A stretch of DNA of 64,000 nt from a virus. The notes under the pieces are model-generated. The model worked only from the letters and a program-made list of their open reading frames with translations, ran no database searches and was not told the DNA's origin. Below, one piece after another: positions 16,188-25,576 of this stretch (positions are counted from its first letter, which is position 1; each line of letters opens with the position of its first letter). The stretch lies in IMG/VR virus record IMGVR_UViG_3300042541_003236; one strand, given 5' to 3'. The translations under genes and the position numbers were made by a program.

Positions 16188-18917
16188 ATGGCATTAGTTG
16201 TTTTCGAGAGTAGAGTAAATATGTTAACCGTTGCAACTCCTTCAGTTGGTGGATATGTAATTGCATATGATTCTGCCGATGGGGTTTTAAAACAAAAAAA
16301 TGATCAAGGTGTTATTACACCTATTGCAGGTTCAAGTTCACCAGGTACATTGATGCAAACTTTGGCAAAGGGTAATAGTACGGGTGTTTATTCTATTAAT
16401 TTAGGTGCAAATACTAAAATTGGATCTGGAATGGGTGGTGGTCAACTTAGATTGGATAATGGTGTAGGTGGTGCAAATATTGTTAATTTATCAACAGATT
16501 ATGGTGCTTTAGCACAATCATATTTATTTATGAGTAGTAATAGTACAACATTACAATCCGTAAATGCTAGATTATCACTTACGAGTGTTTCCTCAAATCT
16601 TCAAGTAAACAGTAGTAACCTTTTGTCAATTGGATCAAATAATGCGTTCATCACTCTAAATGGATTTAGAGTTTTAGATTTTACAACATCGACTGCACCA
16701 TCTGGTGTGGGTAATAGAGTAAGTGCTTTAATTTCTACTAGTAATTCAAACTTAAATGCTGGTGTTTTTAATACAGTAGTATTAGGTGGTTCTGGAATTA
16801 CTGGTGCAACATCCAATTCAGTTTATGTACCGAATTTATATGTAAAAGATGGTGGTTTTGTTAAAGGAACTGCTGGAACAGGACAGCTAACTTTTAATAA
16901 TCAAAATGAAGTTTTCCTAACATCAAATACAAATATCATAGGTATATTAGAAGCTAATAGTGCAGTGATGGCAGTTTATAATGGTATTTTTATAACTGAT
17001 AATATAGACACTATTACTACAAACCCAATAACTTCAAATACTTTTATATCTACTTCAAATACAAGTGTTGATAGTGGTCTGACTAATGTTGTTGTTATTG
17101 GTGGTGATGGTTTATCTGTTACACAATCTAATACAACTTATATTGGTGGTTCTGTTAGTATAGGAAACTCTTATATTCTACCTAGTGAAGATGGTACATC
17201 TGGACAAGTTATAAAAACAGATGGATCTGGTAATACTTATTGGGGTCCAATTGGTGGTTCTCTTATTGAGATTACTGCAGCAAGTTTCTCTGCATTAGGT
17301 GGGACATTTGAAAGTGTTACTACTTATAAAATATTAGATGCTGATAGTACACTATATGGTGGAACTGAAATATATTTAACTACGAATGCTAGTGGTGTTT
17401 TAAATGAAACAGGAGTTGGTAAGTTTTATAATCCTAAATATAATCAAGCGGTTTCTGGATTTGGTATCTTCAATGATGTCTCCTATATTACAGGAGCTTC
17501 GGTATTCTGGGGTGGAAAAGCTTGGATAAGAAACTCTACAGCTTATTTATCATTCCCCAATCCTGCTATTGATCTCTTTACACTAGATACAACTTATTGG
17601 GATATAGTACCTTTTGATGATCCTTTTTCACCGTTTTATTATAATGTAGCTTATGATGAGATAAAATATGATTGGGAGAATGATTTAATCATTTATAGAA
17701 ATGAAAAGAATACTAATATAGTTAGTAGTAGTGTTGAAGATATTAACTATTGGATAGGTTTTACGAATTATAATTCCATTAAAGTATTTCAGTGGGGTAA
17801 TGTTTTTGATTACTCTTTAAATAAAGGAATTGGTAATAATATAATTACAAACTCATATAATGAAAATATTAATTTTAGAGGTGCACGTCAATTAAATCTG
17901 ACTTTTAATAATCGTAGTTACCAATACGATTTAACATTTGATAATGGTAGTTATCAAGCTAATTTAACATTTGATAATAGTAGTAATCAAAATACTTTAA
18001 CATTTTATAATAATAGTTATCAACTTAATTTAATATTTAATAATGGTGGTTATCAATATAATTTAACATTTGATAATAGTAGTTATCAAACTTATTTAAC
18101 ATTTAATAATAGTTCTCAATCTGGTTTAACATTTGATAATATTAGTTATCAAACTTATTTAACATTTGATAATAATAGTTACCAATTCGATTTAACATTT
18201 GATAATAGTAGTTATCAAACTGATTTAACATTTGATAATGGTAGTTACCAAAACGATTTAACATTTGATAATAATAGTTACCAATACAATTTAACACTTA
18301 ATGGTGATAGTCATCAATCTGGTTTAACATTTGATAATGGTAGTTACCAAATTAATTTAACATTTAATAACAGTAGTTCTCAAGTTGATTTAACTGAGAT
18401 TAGTGGTTATTCTCAAAGATTTATCAGATTTGAGAATTATAGTTGGGATAGATTTGGAAAATCAATGACTGCTGATGAAGAAGGTCTTACTTTAACTGGA
18501 AGTAAACTAAGTTATCAAACTCCATTCGGTGAGACTGATAAGGCTGTAGGAGAAGTTGTTTTCTTTGGTAGTACTGCTTCAACACTTGACCCAGGTTATA
18601 TTTATCAATTTACTACAGGTGAATGGAAAAAAGCAGATTTGGCATCCGGTGCGAGTGCGAGTGGATTATTAGCAATTGCCTTAGGTACAGTTGTATCAGA
18701 TGGTTTATTATTGAGGGGTTATGCAACATTTGACTTATCATCATATTCTACAATGACACTTGGATCTATACAGTATTTAAGAGATAATGGTGAATTCTTT
18801 GAAACAACGACAACTACTACTGGTGAAATTGTAAGAGTGATTGGATATTGTGTAGATCATACTGGTGATAATACATTATATTTCTGTCCAGATACAACTT
18901 GGATTGAAATCGTATAA
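16188..18917 (+). CDS. tail-fibre-like structural protein with 15 tandem 11-aa repeats
   Basis: 909 aa, Gly/Ser/Thr/Asn-rich; N-terminus MALVVFESRVNM...VITPIAG is shared with the next ORF; repeat LTFDNxSYQxx. Confidence 0.6.
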   Translation: MALVVFESRVNMLTVATPSVGGYVIAYDSADGVLKQKNDQGVITPIAGSSSPGTLMQTLAKGNSTGVYSINLGANTKIGSGMGGGQLRLDNGVGGANIVNLSTDYGALAQSYLFMSSNSTTLQSVNARLSLTSVSSNLQVNSSNLLSIGSNNAFITLNGFRVLDFTTSTAPSGVGNRVSALISTSNSNLNAGVFNTVVLGGSGITGATSNSVYVPNLYVKDGGFVKGTAGTGQLTFNNQNEVFLTSNTNIIGILEANSAVMAVYNGIFITDNIDTITTNPITSNTFISTSNTSVDSGLTNVVVIGGDGLSVTQSNTTYIGGSVSIGNSYILPSEDGTSGQVIKTDGSGNTYWGPIGGSLIEITAASFSALGGTFESVTTYKILDADSTLYGGTEIYLTTNASGVLNETGVGKFYNPKYNQAVSGFGIFNDVSYITGASVFWGGKAWIRNSTAYLSFPNPAIDLFTLDTTYWDIVPFDDPFSPFYYNVAYDEIKYDWENDLIIYRNEKNTNIVSSSVEDINYWIGFTNYNSIKVFQWGNVFDYSLNKGIGNNIITNSYNENINFRGARQLNLTFNNRSYQYDLTFDNGSYQANLTFDNSSNQNTLTFYNNSYQLNLIFNNGGYQYNLTFDNSSYQTYLTFNNSSQSGLTFDNISYQTYLTFDNNSYQFDLTFDNSSYQTDLTFDNGSYQNDLTFDNNSYQYNLTLNGDSHQSGLTFDNGSYQINLTFNNSSSQVDLTEISGYSQRFIRFENYSWDRFGKSMTADEEGLTLTGSKLSYQTPFGETDKAVGEVVFFGSTASTLDPGYIYQFTTGEWKKADLASGASASGLLAIALGTVVSDGLLLRGYATFDLSSYSTMTLGSIQYLRDNGEFFETTTTTTGEIVRVIGYCVDHTGDNTLYFCPDTTWIEIV
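17890..18390 (+). repeat. In-frame 33-bp tandem repeat (about 15 copies) encoding LTFDNxSYQxx
   Basis: Visible periodicity in both DNA and protein. Confidence 0.7.
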
Positions 18918-18932
18918 AAAATAAAATAATAG

Positions 18933-20843
18933 ATGGCATTAATTAACTTTGGATATAGAGTAAATATGGCAACACTGGATAATCCAGTAGATTCAGACTC
19001 ATTTTTAGTAGCTTATGACTTAGATGGACTTTTAAAACAAAAAGATTATTTAGGAGTTATTACACCGATTGGTTCAGTAACATCCGTAGTTGGTGCCGAA
19101 TCAAACTTTTGGTTTAGTGGTTCTGGATTAGATTCATTAGGAAATAAAACTGCATCTATTTATAGAACTGGTAATTTAATAATTGGAACACTTTCAGCAT
19201 ATCAATATAGTGAAATAACACCAAGTGGTATTAATTTTTATTCGGGTACATCATCTGCAGATATGTTAATTAGTAATACTAGTATATTAATAAATAATTA
19301 CTTACTTTCTGGAAATATATCTTTAATACTTGATTCTAGTAGTGGAATAATAGTTTCTGAGAATTCGTCTTTACAACTTTCTATAACACCTGATCGTTTA
19401 TCTGTGCTAGATGGTGTTGGAAATTCATCTCGTGTTTATTCTGATCATATGATAATTCAATCAACATTTAGTACTTTTAGTTTATACTCTAATAGGGTTA
19501 ATTTTAGTAGTACTAATGATCTTGACATTTTAGTACCTAATCTAACATCAAATAGAACTCAATATTATCCAGATAAATCAGGAACGTTCTCATTAATTGA
19601 TGATGTTATCGATTCTTCTTTATTTTATTTAGCAGGTTCTACTAATAGTGTAATCAATAGTAAAACACAATCAATTTATAGAACTGGAAACATAGGAATT
19701 GGAACAGCTTCTCCATCTACTAAATTACATGTTTGTGCAACTCAATCAGGTGCTTTTAGATTAGAAGATGGTACTCAAGGTTCTGGTAAAGTTCTTGTTT
19801 CTGATGCAAGTGGTCTTGCTACTTGGACACCATTATCAAGTATTGGTATCAGTGGAAGTGCAAGTTATATACCTAAGTTTACTGGTACAAGTTCACTCGG
19901 TAATAGTAATTTTATTGATAATGGTTTGAGTGGTTTTTATAAATCTGGTACTGATACGGTTACTTTTATACTTGGTTCAAATATATTTTTAAGATTATTA
20001 AGAGGTCAATCGTCTATGGATTTTACATTAGGAAATCCAGGAGCCGCTCTACCTGAATCTGGTGTCATTACATCTTATAATACATTTGGTTTAGATATAA
20101 AGTCTCAAGGTTATTTGGCACTTAGTTCAGGTCCTTCTTATTCAGAAGCATTAAGACTTACTTCTACTGGAAATGTTGGTATAGGTTTAACTTCTGCAAC
20201 CACTAAGTTACATGTTTTTGCAACTCAATCTGGATTTGGTTTTAGATTACAAGATGGTTCACAAGGAAATAATTATGTTTTAACTTCTAACTCAATTGGT
20301 ATGGCTAGTTGGACATCAAGTATTAGTGTAGATAATGTATCTGTTGGTTCAGTTTTACTTTCCGCAAGTTCAAGTACTTTATTAGTAAATGGTACTCCTA
20401 TTGTAAGTGGTGCAACTGGTCCTGGTGGTGCAACTGGTTCTGGAGGTCCTATAGGACCAACTGGTCCTGGTGGAGGTCCTATAGGACCTACGGGTTCTAT
20501 AGGTGCAACTGGAGCAACCGGTGCAACTGGAAGTATAAATAAAATAACAGCAAATATTACAACTGCAACTTATTCATTAGTAGCAACAGATACAGATCGT
20601 ATTTTACAATTCAATTCTACATCAACACAAACATTGACAATAACTGGTGGACTACCAACATATAACCGTTATGAGGGTAAACAATTAGGAACTGGACAAG
20701 TTATCATACAAGCTCTTGCTCCGGCCACATTGAATTATGCAGCATCTGAATTACCAAGAACTGCAGAACAGTACTCAACATTTGCAATTGATTGGATTAG
20801 TCCTGATTCTTATATGGTTTATGGAAAATTAGCACTTTTATAA
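18933..20843 (+). CDS. tail-fibre-like protein with collagen-like Gly-X-Y tract
   Basis: 636 aa; N-terminus homologous to the preceding ORF; internal ~50-aa repeats (GN.GIGT...KLHV..TQSG); GATGPGGATGSGGPIGPTGPGGGPIGPTGSIGATGATGATG. Confidence 0.6.
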   Translation: MALINFGYRVNMATLDNPVDSDSFLVAYDLDGLLKQKDYLGVITPIGSVTSVVGAESNFWFSGSGLDSLGNKTASIYRTGNLIIGTLSAYQYSEITPSGINFYSGTSSADMLISNTSILINNYLLSGNISLILDSSSGIIVSENSSLQLSITPDRLSVLDGVGNSSRVYSDHMIIQSTFSTFSLYSNRVNFSSTNDLDILVPNLTSNRTQYYPDKSGTFSLIDDVIDSSLFYLAGSTNSVINSKTQSIYRTGNIGIGTASPSTKLHVCATQSGAFRLEDGTQGSGKVLVSDASGLATWTPLSSIGISGSASYIPKFTGTSSLGNSNFIDNGLSGFYKSGTDTVTFILGSNIFLRLLRGQSSMDFTLGNPGAALPESGVITSYNTFGLDIKSQGYLALSSGPSYSEALRLTSTGNVGIGLTSATTKLHVFATQSGFGFRLQDGSQGNNYVLTSNSIGMASWTSSISVDNVSVGSVLLSASSSTLLVNGTPIVSGATGPGGATGSGGPIGPTGPGGGPIGPTGSIGATGATGATGSINKITANITTATYSLVATDTDRILQFNSTSTQTLTITGGLPTYNRYEGKQLGTGQVIIQALAPATLNYAASELPRTAEQYSTFAIDWISPDSYMVYGKLALL

Positions 20844-20844
20844 T

Positions 20845-22431
20845 ATGTTAGCAGGTCAAATATCAAGTACTGGAAAAAAGCAAGAATTTGTAATTCAATC
20901 TAATTCAAGTTCTTCACAGATAATTAGTCTTTATTATAAAGGTAGTATAACCGTTGATTGGGGAGATGGAACTACAGATTATCTTTATAGTAATAATAAT
21001 ACTACTGCTAGGACATTTTCACATACATATTCGACCATTTATTCCGGACAAATTAAGATTAGAGGTAGTATTAATGTTATTAGACGTATAACTTTAGGAT
21101 CATATGGAAATACAGGTACAACTCAATCACAAATACAAAAATTATCATCTTTAGATCTTTTCAACTCTAATAATTCTACTATTCATAATTGGAATTTTGA
21201 TATAAATAATTTACCCAGTAATCTAACATACTTTCAAAATACGGGTACGAATCAATCATACGGAACAATAAATGATCTTCCATCAGGATTAACATATTTT
21301 AATGTTAGTGGATCTAATTTGATTAGTGGTGATATTTTTCATTTTTTTGGAACAACTGCTTCTCCAAAACTACCAAATTTGACCAATTTAACTATTGATG
21401 GTAATAATACTTTATATGGAGATTTAATAAGTGTTACAAGAGGAAACTTTAGTACAGCAGGTCCTTGGCCATTAACTAATTTTTCTATACAAGGAAATAA
21501 TCAAATAACTGGTGAGATAGATTATTTACAATTTTTACCTTTTCTAGATAATTTTTACTTATATGGAAATAATACTGTAAGTGGTGATATATCATATCTT
21601 CCTGGTTTATTGACAGATGTTGGTATACAAGGAAATAACCAAATAACTGGTGATATTGCCAATCTACCATCAAATTTAGATTATATGTTTTTTAGTGGTA
21701 AAAATACAACCTATGGTGATATTGCGAGTTTACCATCGTCACTAGCATATTACTATAATGCTGGCTCTAATTCAGTAACTGGAGATATACAATATTTATC
21801 TACAACAATGTCTACATTCTATAGTCTAGGTAGAAATACAATTTATGGAAACATATCAACATTAAAACCTAATTTATCGATATTTACTATTAGTGGACTC
21901 AATACAATAACCGGTGATATTAGTATTTTTTCAAGCTTAACTAATCTAAATATATTAAATATTGGTGGACTCAATACAATATATGGTGATATACAGTATT
22001 TACCTACAAGTTTAGAATCATTTTCATTTAATGGTAGTATTATATCTGGTACACTATCAAGTCTAAATACACCTACATTAAAAACCTTTATATTAAGTTC
22101 AACTAATAGTATCTCTGGAAATATATCAGATATTCCAGCATCAATTAATTATTTAGATATAAGAAAAAATAGTAATAAATTATCTTATACTGCTGGAAAA
22201 GTTTGGCCAGAAAATATGGCACGTATTAATTTACAACCACAAATTGGTAAAGGACTTACTACCGCAGAGGTGGATCAAATGATTATAGATTTATCGAATG
22301 TAAATACCTGGTCTACAACATCTACGGGAAAATATGTTTGGCTTGCCGGACATAATGAACCACGTAGCTCAGTATCGGATGCCGCAAAAGCTATACTTAT
22401 TTCTAAAAGTGTTTCAGTTACAACTAATTAA
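20845..22431 (+). CDS. repeat-rich structural protein (LRR-like GDI repeats)
   Basis: 528 aa with about 20 repeats of the form N..YGDI..LP..L.Y; start overlaps the upstream stop. Confidence 0.5.
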   Translation: MLAGQISSTGKKQEFVIQSNSSSSQIISLYYKGSITVDWGDGTTDYLYSNNNTTARTFSHTYSTIYSGQIKIRGSINVIRRITLGSYGNTGTTQSQIQKLSSLDLFNSNNSTIHNWNFDINNLPSNLTYFQNTGTNQSYGTINDLPSGLTYFNVSGSNLISGDIFHFFGTTASPKLPNLTNLTIDGNNTLYGDLISVTRGNFSTAGPWPLTNFSIQGNNQITGEIDYLQFLPFLDNFYLYGNNTVSGDISYLPGLLTDVGIQGNNQITGDIANLPSNLDYMFFSGKNTTYGDIASLPSSLAYYYNAGSNSVTGDIQYLSTTMSTFYSLGRNTIYGNISTLKPNLSIFTISGLNTITGDISIFSSLTNLNILNIGGLNTIYGDIQYLPTSLESFSFNGSIISGTLSSLNTPTLKTFILSSTNSISGNISDIPASINYLDIRKNSNKLSYTAGKVWPENMARINLQPQIGKGLTTAEVDQMIIDLSNVNTWSTTSTGKYVWLAGHNEPRSSVSDAAKAILISKSVSVTTN

Positions 22432-22445
22432 AAATAATTAAGAAT

Positions 22446-22622
22446 ATGAATGAAATAATAATAATAATTGAAGAAGGATATGTTTTTAAAGAAAATGCAA
22501 TTTTATTTAAAGTTTATCCTGATTGTAAAATATCACTACCAGAAGGTTGGGGAATATACAATGGACCAAAAGAAGAACTTATAGAACAAGGTTTTATCTT
22601 TGATGAGAATTATTTTGAATAG
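22446..22622 (+). CDS. small ORF (58 aa)
   Basis: ATG-initiated ORF with a hairpin and T-run terminator after it; below the ORF-track threshold. Confidence 0.25.
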   Translation: MNEIIIIIEEGYVFKENAILFKVYPDCKISLPEGWGIYNGPKEELIEQGFIFDENYFE

Positions 22623-22676
22623 TTGAAGAGAGCAAGGGAGTTACTTTACCTCACAAATCAAAACTCCATTTTTTTG

Positions 22677-22762
22677 CGGAGGAAGTAGGTCTCGATCCCA
22701 ATGCGATTTAACGCACCAACAGTTTAGCAAACTGCGTCCACTACCCAGTGAATTCATCCTCC
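22677..22762 (-). tRNA. tRNA-Ser(GCU), class II
   Basis: AC gcagt-ttgctaa-actgt; long variable arm; 86 nt. Confidence 0.55.
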
Positions 22763-22772
22763 ATATTTTTAG

Positions 22773-22858
22773 CAGTGAGCAAGGGAATCGAACCCTATAC
22801 ATTTAAACGTACGTGCTGCTTTCCAGGCAGACCCAATCACCATCATGGCTTACTCACT
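22773..22858 (-). tRNA. tRNA-Ser(GGA), tentative, class II
   Basis: Acceptor agtgagt/gctcact; AC loop ctggaaa; long variable arm. Confidence 0.45.
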
Positions 22859-22863
22859 ATTTG

Positions 22864-22951
22864 AGGAGAGCGTGGGACTCGAACCCACAACCCAGATTTC
22901 TCCGAACTACCTGTTTTCAAGACAGGCCCTTCATCCAGCCAGATGCTCTCC
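22864..22951 (-). tRNA. tRNA-Ser(UGA), class II
   Basis: Perfect acceptor ggagagc/gctctcc, T gtggg-ttcgagt-cccac and AC cctgt-cttgaaa-acagg. Confidence 0.65.
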
Positions 22952-22960
22952 ATATTTTTG

Positions 22961-23043
22961 CGGAGGATAGAATAATCGAAATCCGTACAGTTGCCCGTAC
23001 CCCTGGGGTTCAAACCCAGTTTGCCACCTTGACGGTACCCTCC
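22961..23043 (-). tRNA. class-II-like tRNA, anticodon possibly UGA (loop tttgaac), tentative
   Basis: Acceptor ggagggt/atcctcc; hairpin ctggg-tttgaac-cccag; extra arm gtac...gtac; weak T-stem. Confidence 0.4.
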
Positions 23044-23050
23044 ATATTTG

Positions 23051-23136
23051 TGATCCTAGTAGGATTCGAACCTACACTCTGCATTGATGTCTCCTGGGTC
23101 GTAACCAGGTGTTTTATCCAATTAAACTATAAGACC
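23051..23136 (-). tRNA. tRNA-Arg(ACG) with unusual 17-nt variable region
   Basis: Perfect D gttt/aaac, AC cctgg-ttacgac-ccagg and T gtagg-ttcgaat-cctac; 17 nt lie between the AC and T arms. Confidence 0.6.
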
Positions 23137-23143
23137 AATTTTG

Positions 23144-23228
23144 TAGTTCCAGAAGGACTCGAACCTTCACTAGCAGTATATGTCTCTCGGTTCGAAGCCG
23201 AGCGTTTTATCCATTAAACTATAGAACC
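23144..23228 (-). tRNA. tRNA-Arg(UCG) with unusual 17-nt variable region
   Basis: Paralogous scaffold to 23051-23136; AC ctcgg-cttcgaa-ccgag. Confidence 0.6.
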
Positions 23229-23238
23229 AATTAAAAAC

Positions 23239-23270
23239 AAAAAACCCACAAACTTTTGAGGTTTGTGGGT
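23239..23270 (-). terminator. minus-strand terminator hairpin between promoter and tRNA array 4
   Basis: aacccacaaac..gtttgtgggtt followed by a T-run on the minus strand. Confidence 0.5.
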
Positions 23271-23407
23271 TATCAAATAACTTTTTACTGAAAAAATTAT
23301 GAATACACAAGAACCTCCCTCAATTTACTTGAGCGACTAGACGAACTTGACGATGTACTGATAATTGTTTTCATATTACTATATATTATATTTTATTTCT
23401 TTGTTTA

Positions 23408-23418
23408 TACAAAAGTAC
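23408..23418 (-). promoter_or_regulatory. Bacteroidetes-type -7 box (TActTTTG) upstream of tRNA array 4
   Basis: + strand tacaaaagtac. Confidence 0.45.
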
Positions 23419-23447
23419 AAACTTTTTTTAATTTAACCTAATTATTT

Positions 23448-24641
23448 TTAATTTCTTAATTGAAAATTACCATTTGTCTCATTTAACAAAAAGTATATTC
23501 TACCTCTTGGCTCTTGAGTATATAAGGTAGCCGTATTATTTTGATCATCCTCATTAAATGTCATAAATCTAAAACTATCTAAGTAAGGAAATTGTTTATT
23601 AAAATCCACTTTAACCTTAGTAGTTAATTGTTCATTATTGTTTCCATTATAATGTGATAACTTATACTCATTTCCATCAGCCCATTTTTTAAATAAATTC
23701 TGGATATGTTCATTTGAGTAAATACGATCCATGTATTTACCTTTATCGGTTTCCCAAAGTAAACAACGTCCTATTAATTTATCATCATTAGTAAGAATTA
23801 ACATCTTAACGTTATTCTCAGGATTTGTATAGATGTCAAAAAATTCTTGACATTTTTCTAATCTCATACAAGAGTTGTTTAATGTACCACAACCTCTTTC
23901 ATAAGTTTTTTCTAAATACCATTTCTTGATTTCTTCACCTTCAACAATCTTAAAGTACTCAAATGCGTTTCTATCGAAAGCATTATGAGCTTTATATAAA
24001 TTAACAAAAGTCTCGATGTCTTTTGCAGTGAATTTAAGATACTTGTTTTCTTTTTGAATTTCAGTTAAAATTTTATTCAAAAATCTACCAAACTTAATCT
24101 CAGTACTTTTTACAGTACTATCATCAAGTGAAGGTCTTAAAGCACTTATTTGTCTAATACTATCTGCATGAAGAATTGAAAATTCTTTTGGAGCACCAAC
24201 AGAAGTTAAGTGTATAATTTTATAATCACCTTCATATCTATCCCAAGCAGGATACTCTGCAACAATCTTAAATTTAACATCAGGAGTGTTATCACCTTGA
24301 TTGAACTTTCCTTTGAAAAATGCATTATTATGTGAGTAATGACTTTCGTCATTGGTTTCAATTCCTTCGGCTTGTAACATTTTCTTTAAAGCCACTCTAT
24401 AGATCTCATGTTCCAAACCAACAATAGTTGGATTAGGAAGTGTATATAAAAAACTTTCTTTTGAAATTTTACTACTGTAAAATTTAACAGTATCATCATC
24501 ATTACCTTTTTCTACTGATAAGAAATCAGTTACTTTATAAGAATCACTTAAAAAATAACTTATGATGTCCATTTGTTCATCAGTTGTACATTGATTTTGA
24601 ATTGTTCTGATTATACTGTGAAGTTGTTCTCCTATTAACAT
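23448..24641 (-). CDS. paralogous-family protein A2 (unknown function)
   Basis: Shares FKIVEGEEIKKWY, GCGTLNNSCM, FFDIYT, IGRCLLW and MDRIYS blocks with 4717-5949 and 49119-50315. Confidence 0.6.
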   Translation of the reverse strand: MLIGEQLHSIIRTIQNQCTTDEQMDIISYFLSDSYKVTDFLSVEKGNDDDTVKFYSSKISKESFLYTLPNPTIVGLEHEIYRVALKKMLQAEGIETNDESHYSHNNAFFKGKFNQGDNTPDVKFKIVAEYPAWDRYEGDYKIIHLTSVGAPKEFSILHADSIRQISALRPSLDDSTVKSTEIKFGRFLNKILTEIQKENKYLKFTAKDIETFVNLYKAHNAFDRNAFEYFKIVEGEEIKKWYLEKTYERGCGTLNNSCMRLEKCQEFFDIYTNPENNVKMLILTNDDKLIGRCLLWETDKGKYMDRIYSNEHIQNLFKKWADGNEYKLSHYNGNNNEQLTTKVKVDFNKQFPYLDSFRFMTFNEDDQNNTATLYTQEPRGRIYFLLNETNGNFQLRN

Positions 24642-24714
24642 ATTGGTTGGTTTTTATTACTCGACAAAAGTAATAATAAGTTTTGAGTTATACAAATAAA
24701 TTTTTGGATTTTTT

Positions 24715-24853
24715 GGTAGAAGGGTGGGACTCGAACCCACAACCACGGCTTTAACAGAGCGAAGTAACTTATTTCATTGCTACTAAGAGAGTTTCTTAGA
24801 GAAAGACTGACTAAGTATGATTACGTGCTCTACCAATTGAGCTACCTTCTACA
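24715..24853 (-). ncRNA. tRNA-like gene with ~63-nt central insertion and 8-bp acceptor stem
   Basis: 5' gtagaagg + ta + D-arm gctc-aattggta-gagc; 3' T-arm gtggg-ttcgagt-cccac + ccttctac; the two ends are perfectly complementary over 8 bp; the central ~85 nt contains alternative hairpins and no clean anticodon arm. Confidence 0.5.
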
Positions 24854-24857
24854 TTTG

Positions 24858-24930
24858 TGCGGACTATCGGAATCGAACCGATCTCTCTGGTTTTTCAGGC
24901 CAGTGCTAAACACGTCTCAGCTAAATCCGC
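24858..24930 (-). tRNA. tRNA with GAA-like anticodon loop (Phe-like), tentative
   Basis: Acceptor gcggatt/agtccgc; T atcgg-ttcgatt-ccgat; 3-bp D stem with long D-loop; AC ctggc-ctgaaaa-accag has a mismatch. Confidence 0.45.
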
Positions 24931-24939
24931 ATATTTTTG

Positions 24940-25013
24940 GGTGTAAGACGGGGGACGATCCCGCAATCTCCTGGCTCACAACCAGGTGCTTTAACCAATT
25001 AAGCTACCTACAC
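24940..25013 (-). tRNA. tRNA-His(GUG)
   Basis: Perfect D gctt/aagc and AC cctgg-ttgtgag-ccagg; T-loop atypical (atcgtcc); no encoded G-1. Confidence 0.6.
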
Positions 25014-25015
25014 AG

Positions 25016-25090
25016 TGACCCCGGTGGGGCTCGAACCCACGACCCTCTGATTAAAAGTCAGATGCTCTAAACCAACTGAGCTACGAAGTC
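25016..25090 (-). tRNA. tRNA-Lys(UUU)
   Basis: D gctc-agttggtt-gagc; AC tctga-cttttaa-tcaga; T gtggg-ttcgagc-cccac. Confidence 0.7.
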
Positions 25091-25172
25091 ATTCATTTGT
25101 TGTCCCAGAAAATGGTCAGAGGTTAACTTGACCATTTACCTTAACTGTATCTCGACAGATGAACTATTTTTG

Positions 25173-25258
25173 TTCCCCCTACAGGACTCGAACCTGTGAC
25201 CTACCGTTTAAAAGACGGTGGCTCTAAGCTTAACGCAAACCAACTGAGCTAAGAGGGA
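25173..25258 (-). tRNA. tRNA with UUU anticodon loop and ~11-nt D-loop insertion (Lys-like), tentative
   Basis: AC accgt-cttttaa-acggt and T acagg-ttcgagt-cctgt are perfect; D region tagctcagttggtt[tgcgttaagct]tagagc. Confidence 0.45.
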
Positions 25259-25266
25259 ATATGTTG

Positions 25267-25338
25267 CACGCCGACTAGGACTCGAACCTAGAACCTTGGT
25301 TTTGGAGACCAAGATGATAACCATTTCACTATCGACGT
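25267..25338 (-). tRNA. tRNA-Trp(CCA)
   Basis: AC ttggt-ctccaaa-accaa; T ctagg-ttcgagt-cctag; acceptor acgtcga/tcggcgt. Confidence 0.65.
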
Positions 25339-25493
25339 ATTTTGGGTGCCCCTTATTCAGTATTTCTACCACAGGTAATCTTATCATATTCGGATCTAAC
25401 CGAACCCCTTGGGTGAAAGACGGATCCCGAGACCGCACCGCCTCCTTCACAGGGAGGCATCCTAACCTTTAGAAGACAATCACCATATTCTTG

Positions 25494-25566
25494 TGGGCCC
25501 TCACGAAATCGAATCGTGTCCTTTGGATTTTCAGTCCAACGTACGCACCAGCTATACGAAAGGCCC
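25494..25566 (-). tRNA. tRNA-Phe(GAA)
   Basis: Perfect T cacga-ttcgatt-tcgtg and AC ttgga-ctgaaaa-tccaa; acceptor gggcctt/agggccc. Confidence 0.7.
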
Positions 25567-25576
25567 ATTATATTTG

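Noticed and set aside
17890-18390. Regular 33-bp tandem repeats that could be mistaken for a CRISPR array
   Set aside because: The repeats are contiguous with no spacers, are in frame inside a 909-aa ORF, and encode an 11-aa structural repeat.
22813-23217. ORF 22813-23217(+) across tRNA array 4
   Set aside because: It reads entirely through the reverse complement of Ser and Arg tRNA genes.
24750-24818. Group I intron inside the tRNA-like gene
   Set aside because: The insertion is only about 63 nt, far below the minimal group I or II intron size. It is kept as an unexplained insertion.
25400-25493. Possible additional degenerate tRNA with a His-like anticodon hairpin (cctcc-ctgtgaa-ggagg)
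   Set aside because: No canonical T-loop or D-arm; acceptor pairing is only 5 bp. Probably a spacer hairpin or decayed tRNA remnant; not reported as a gene.
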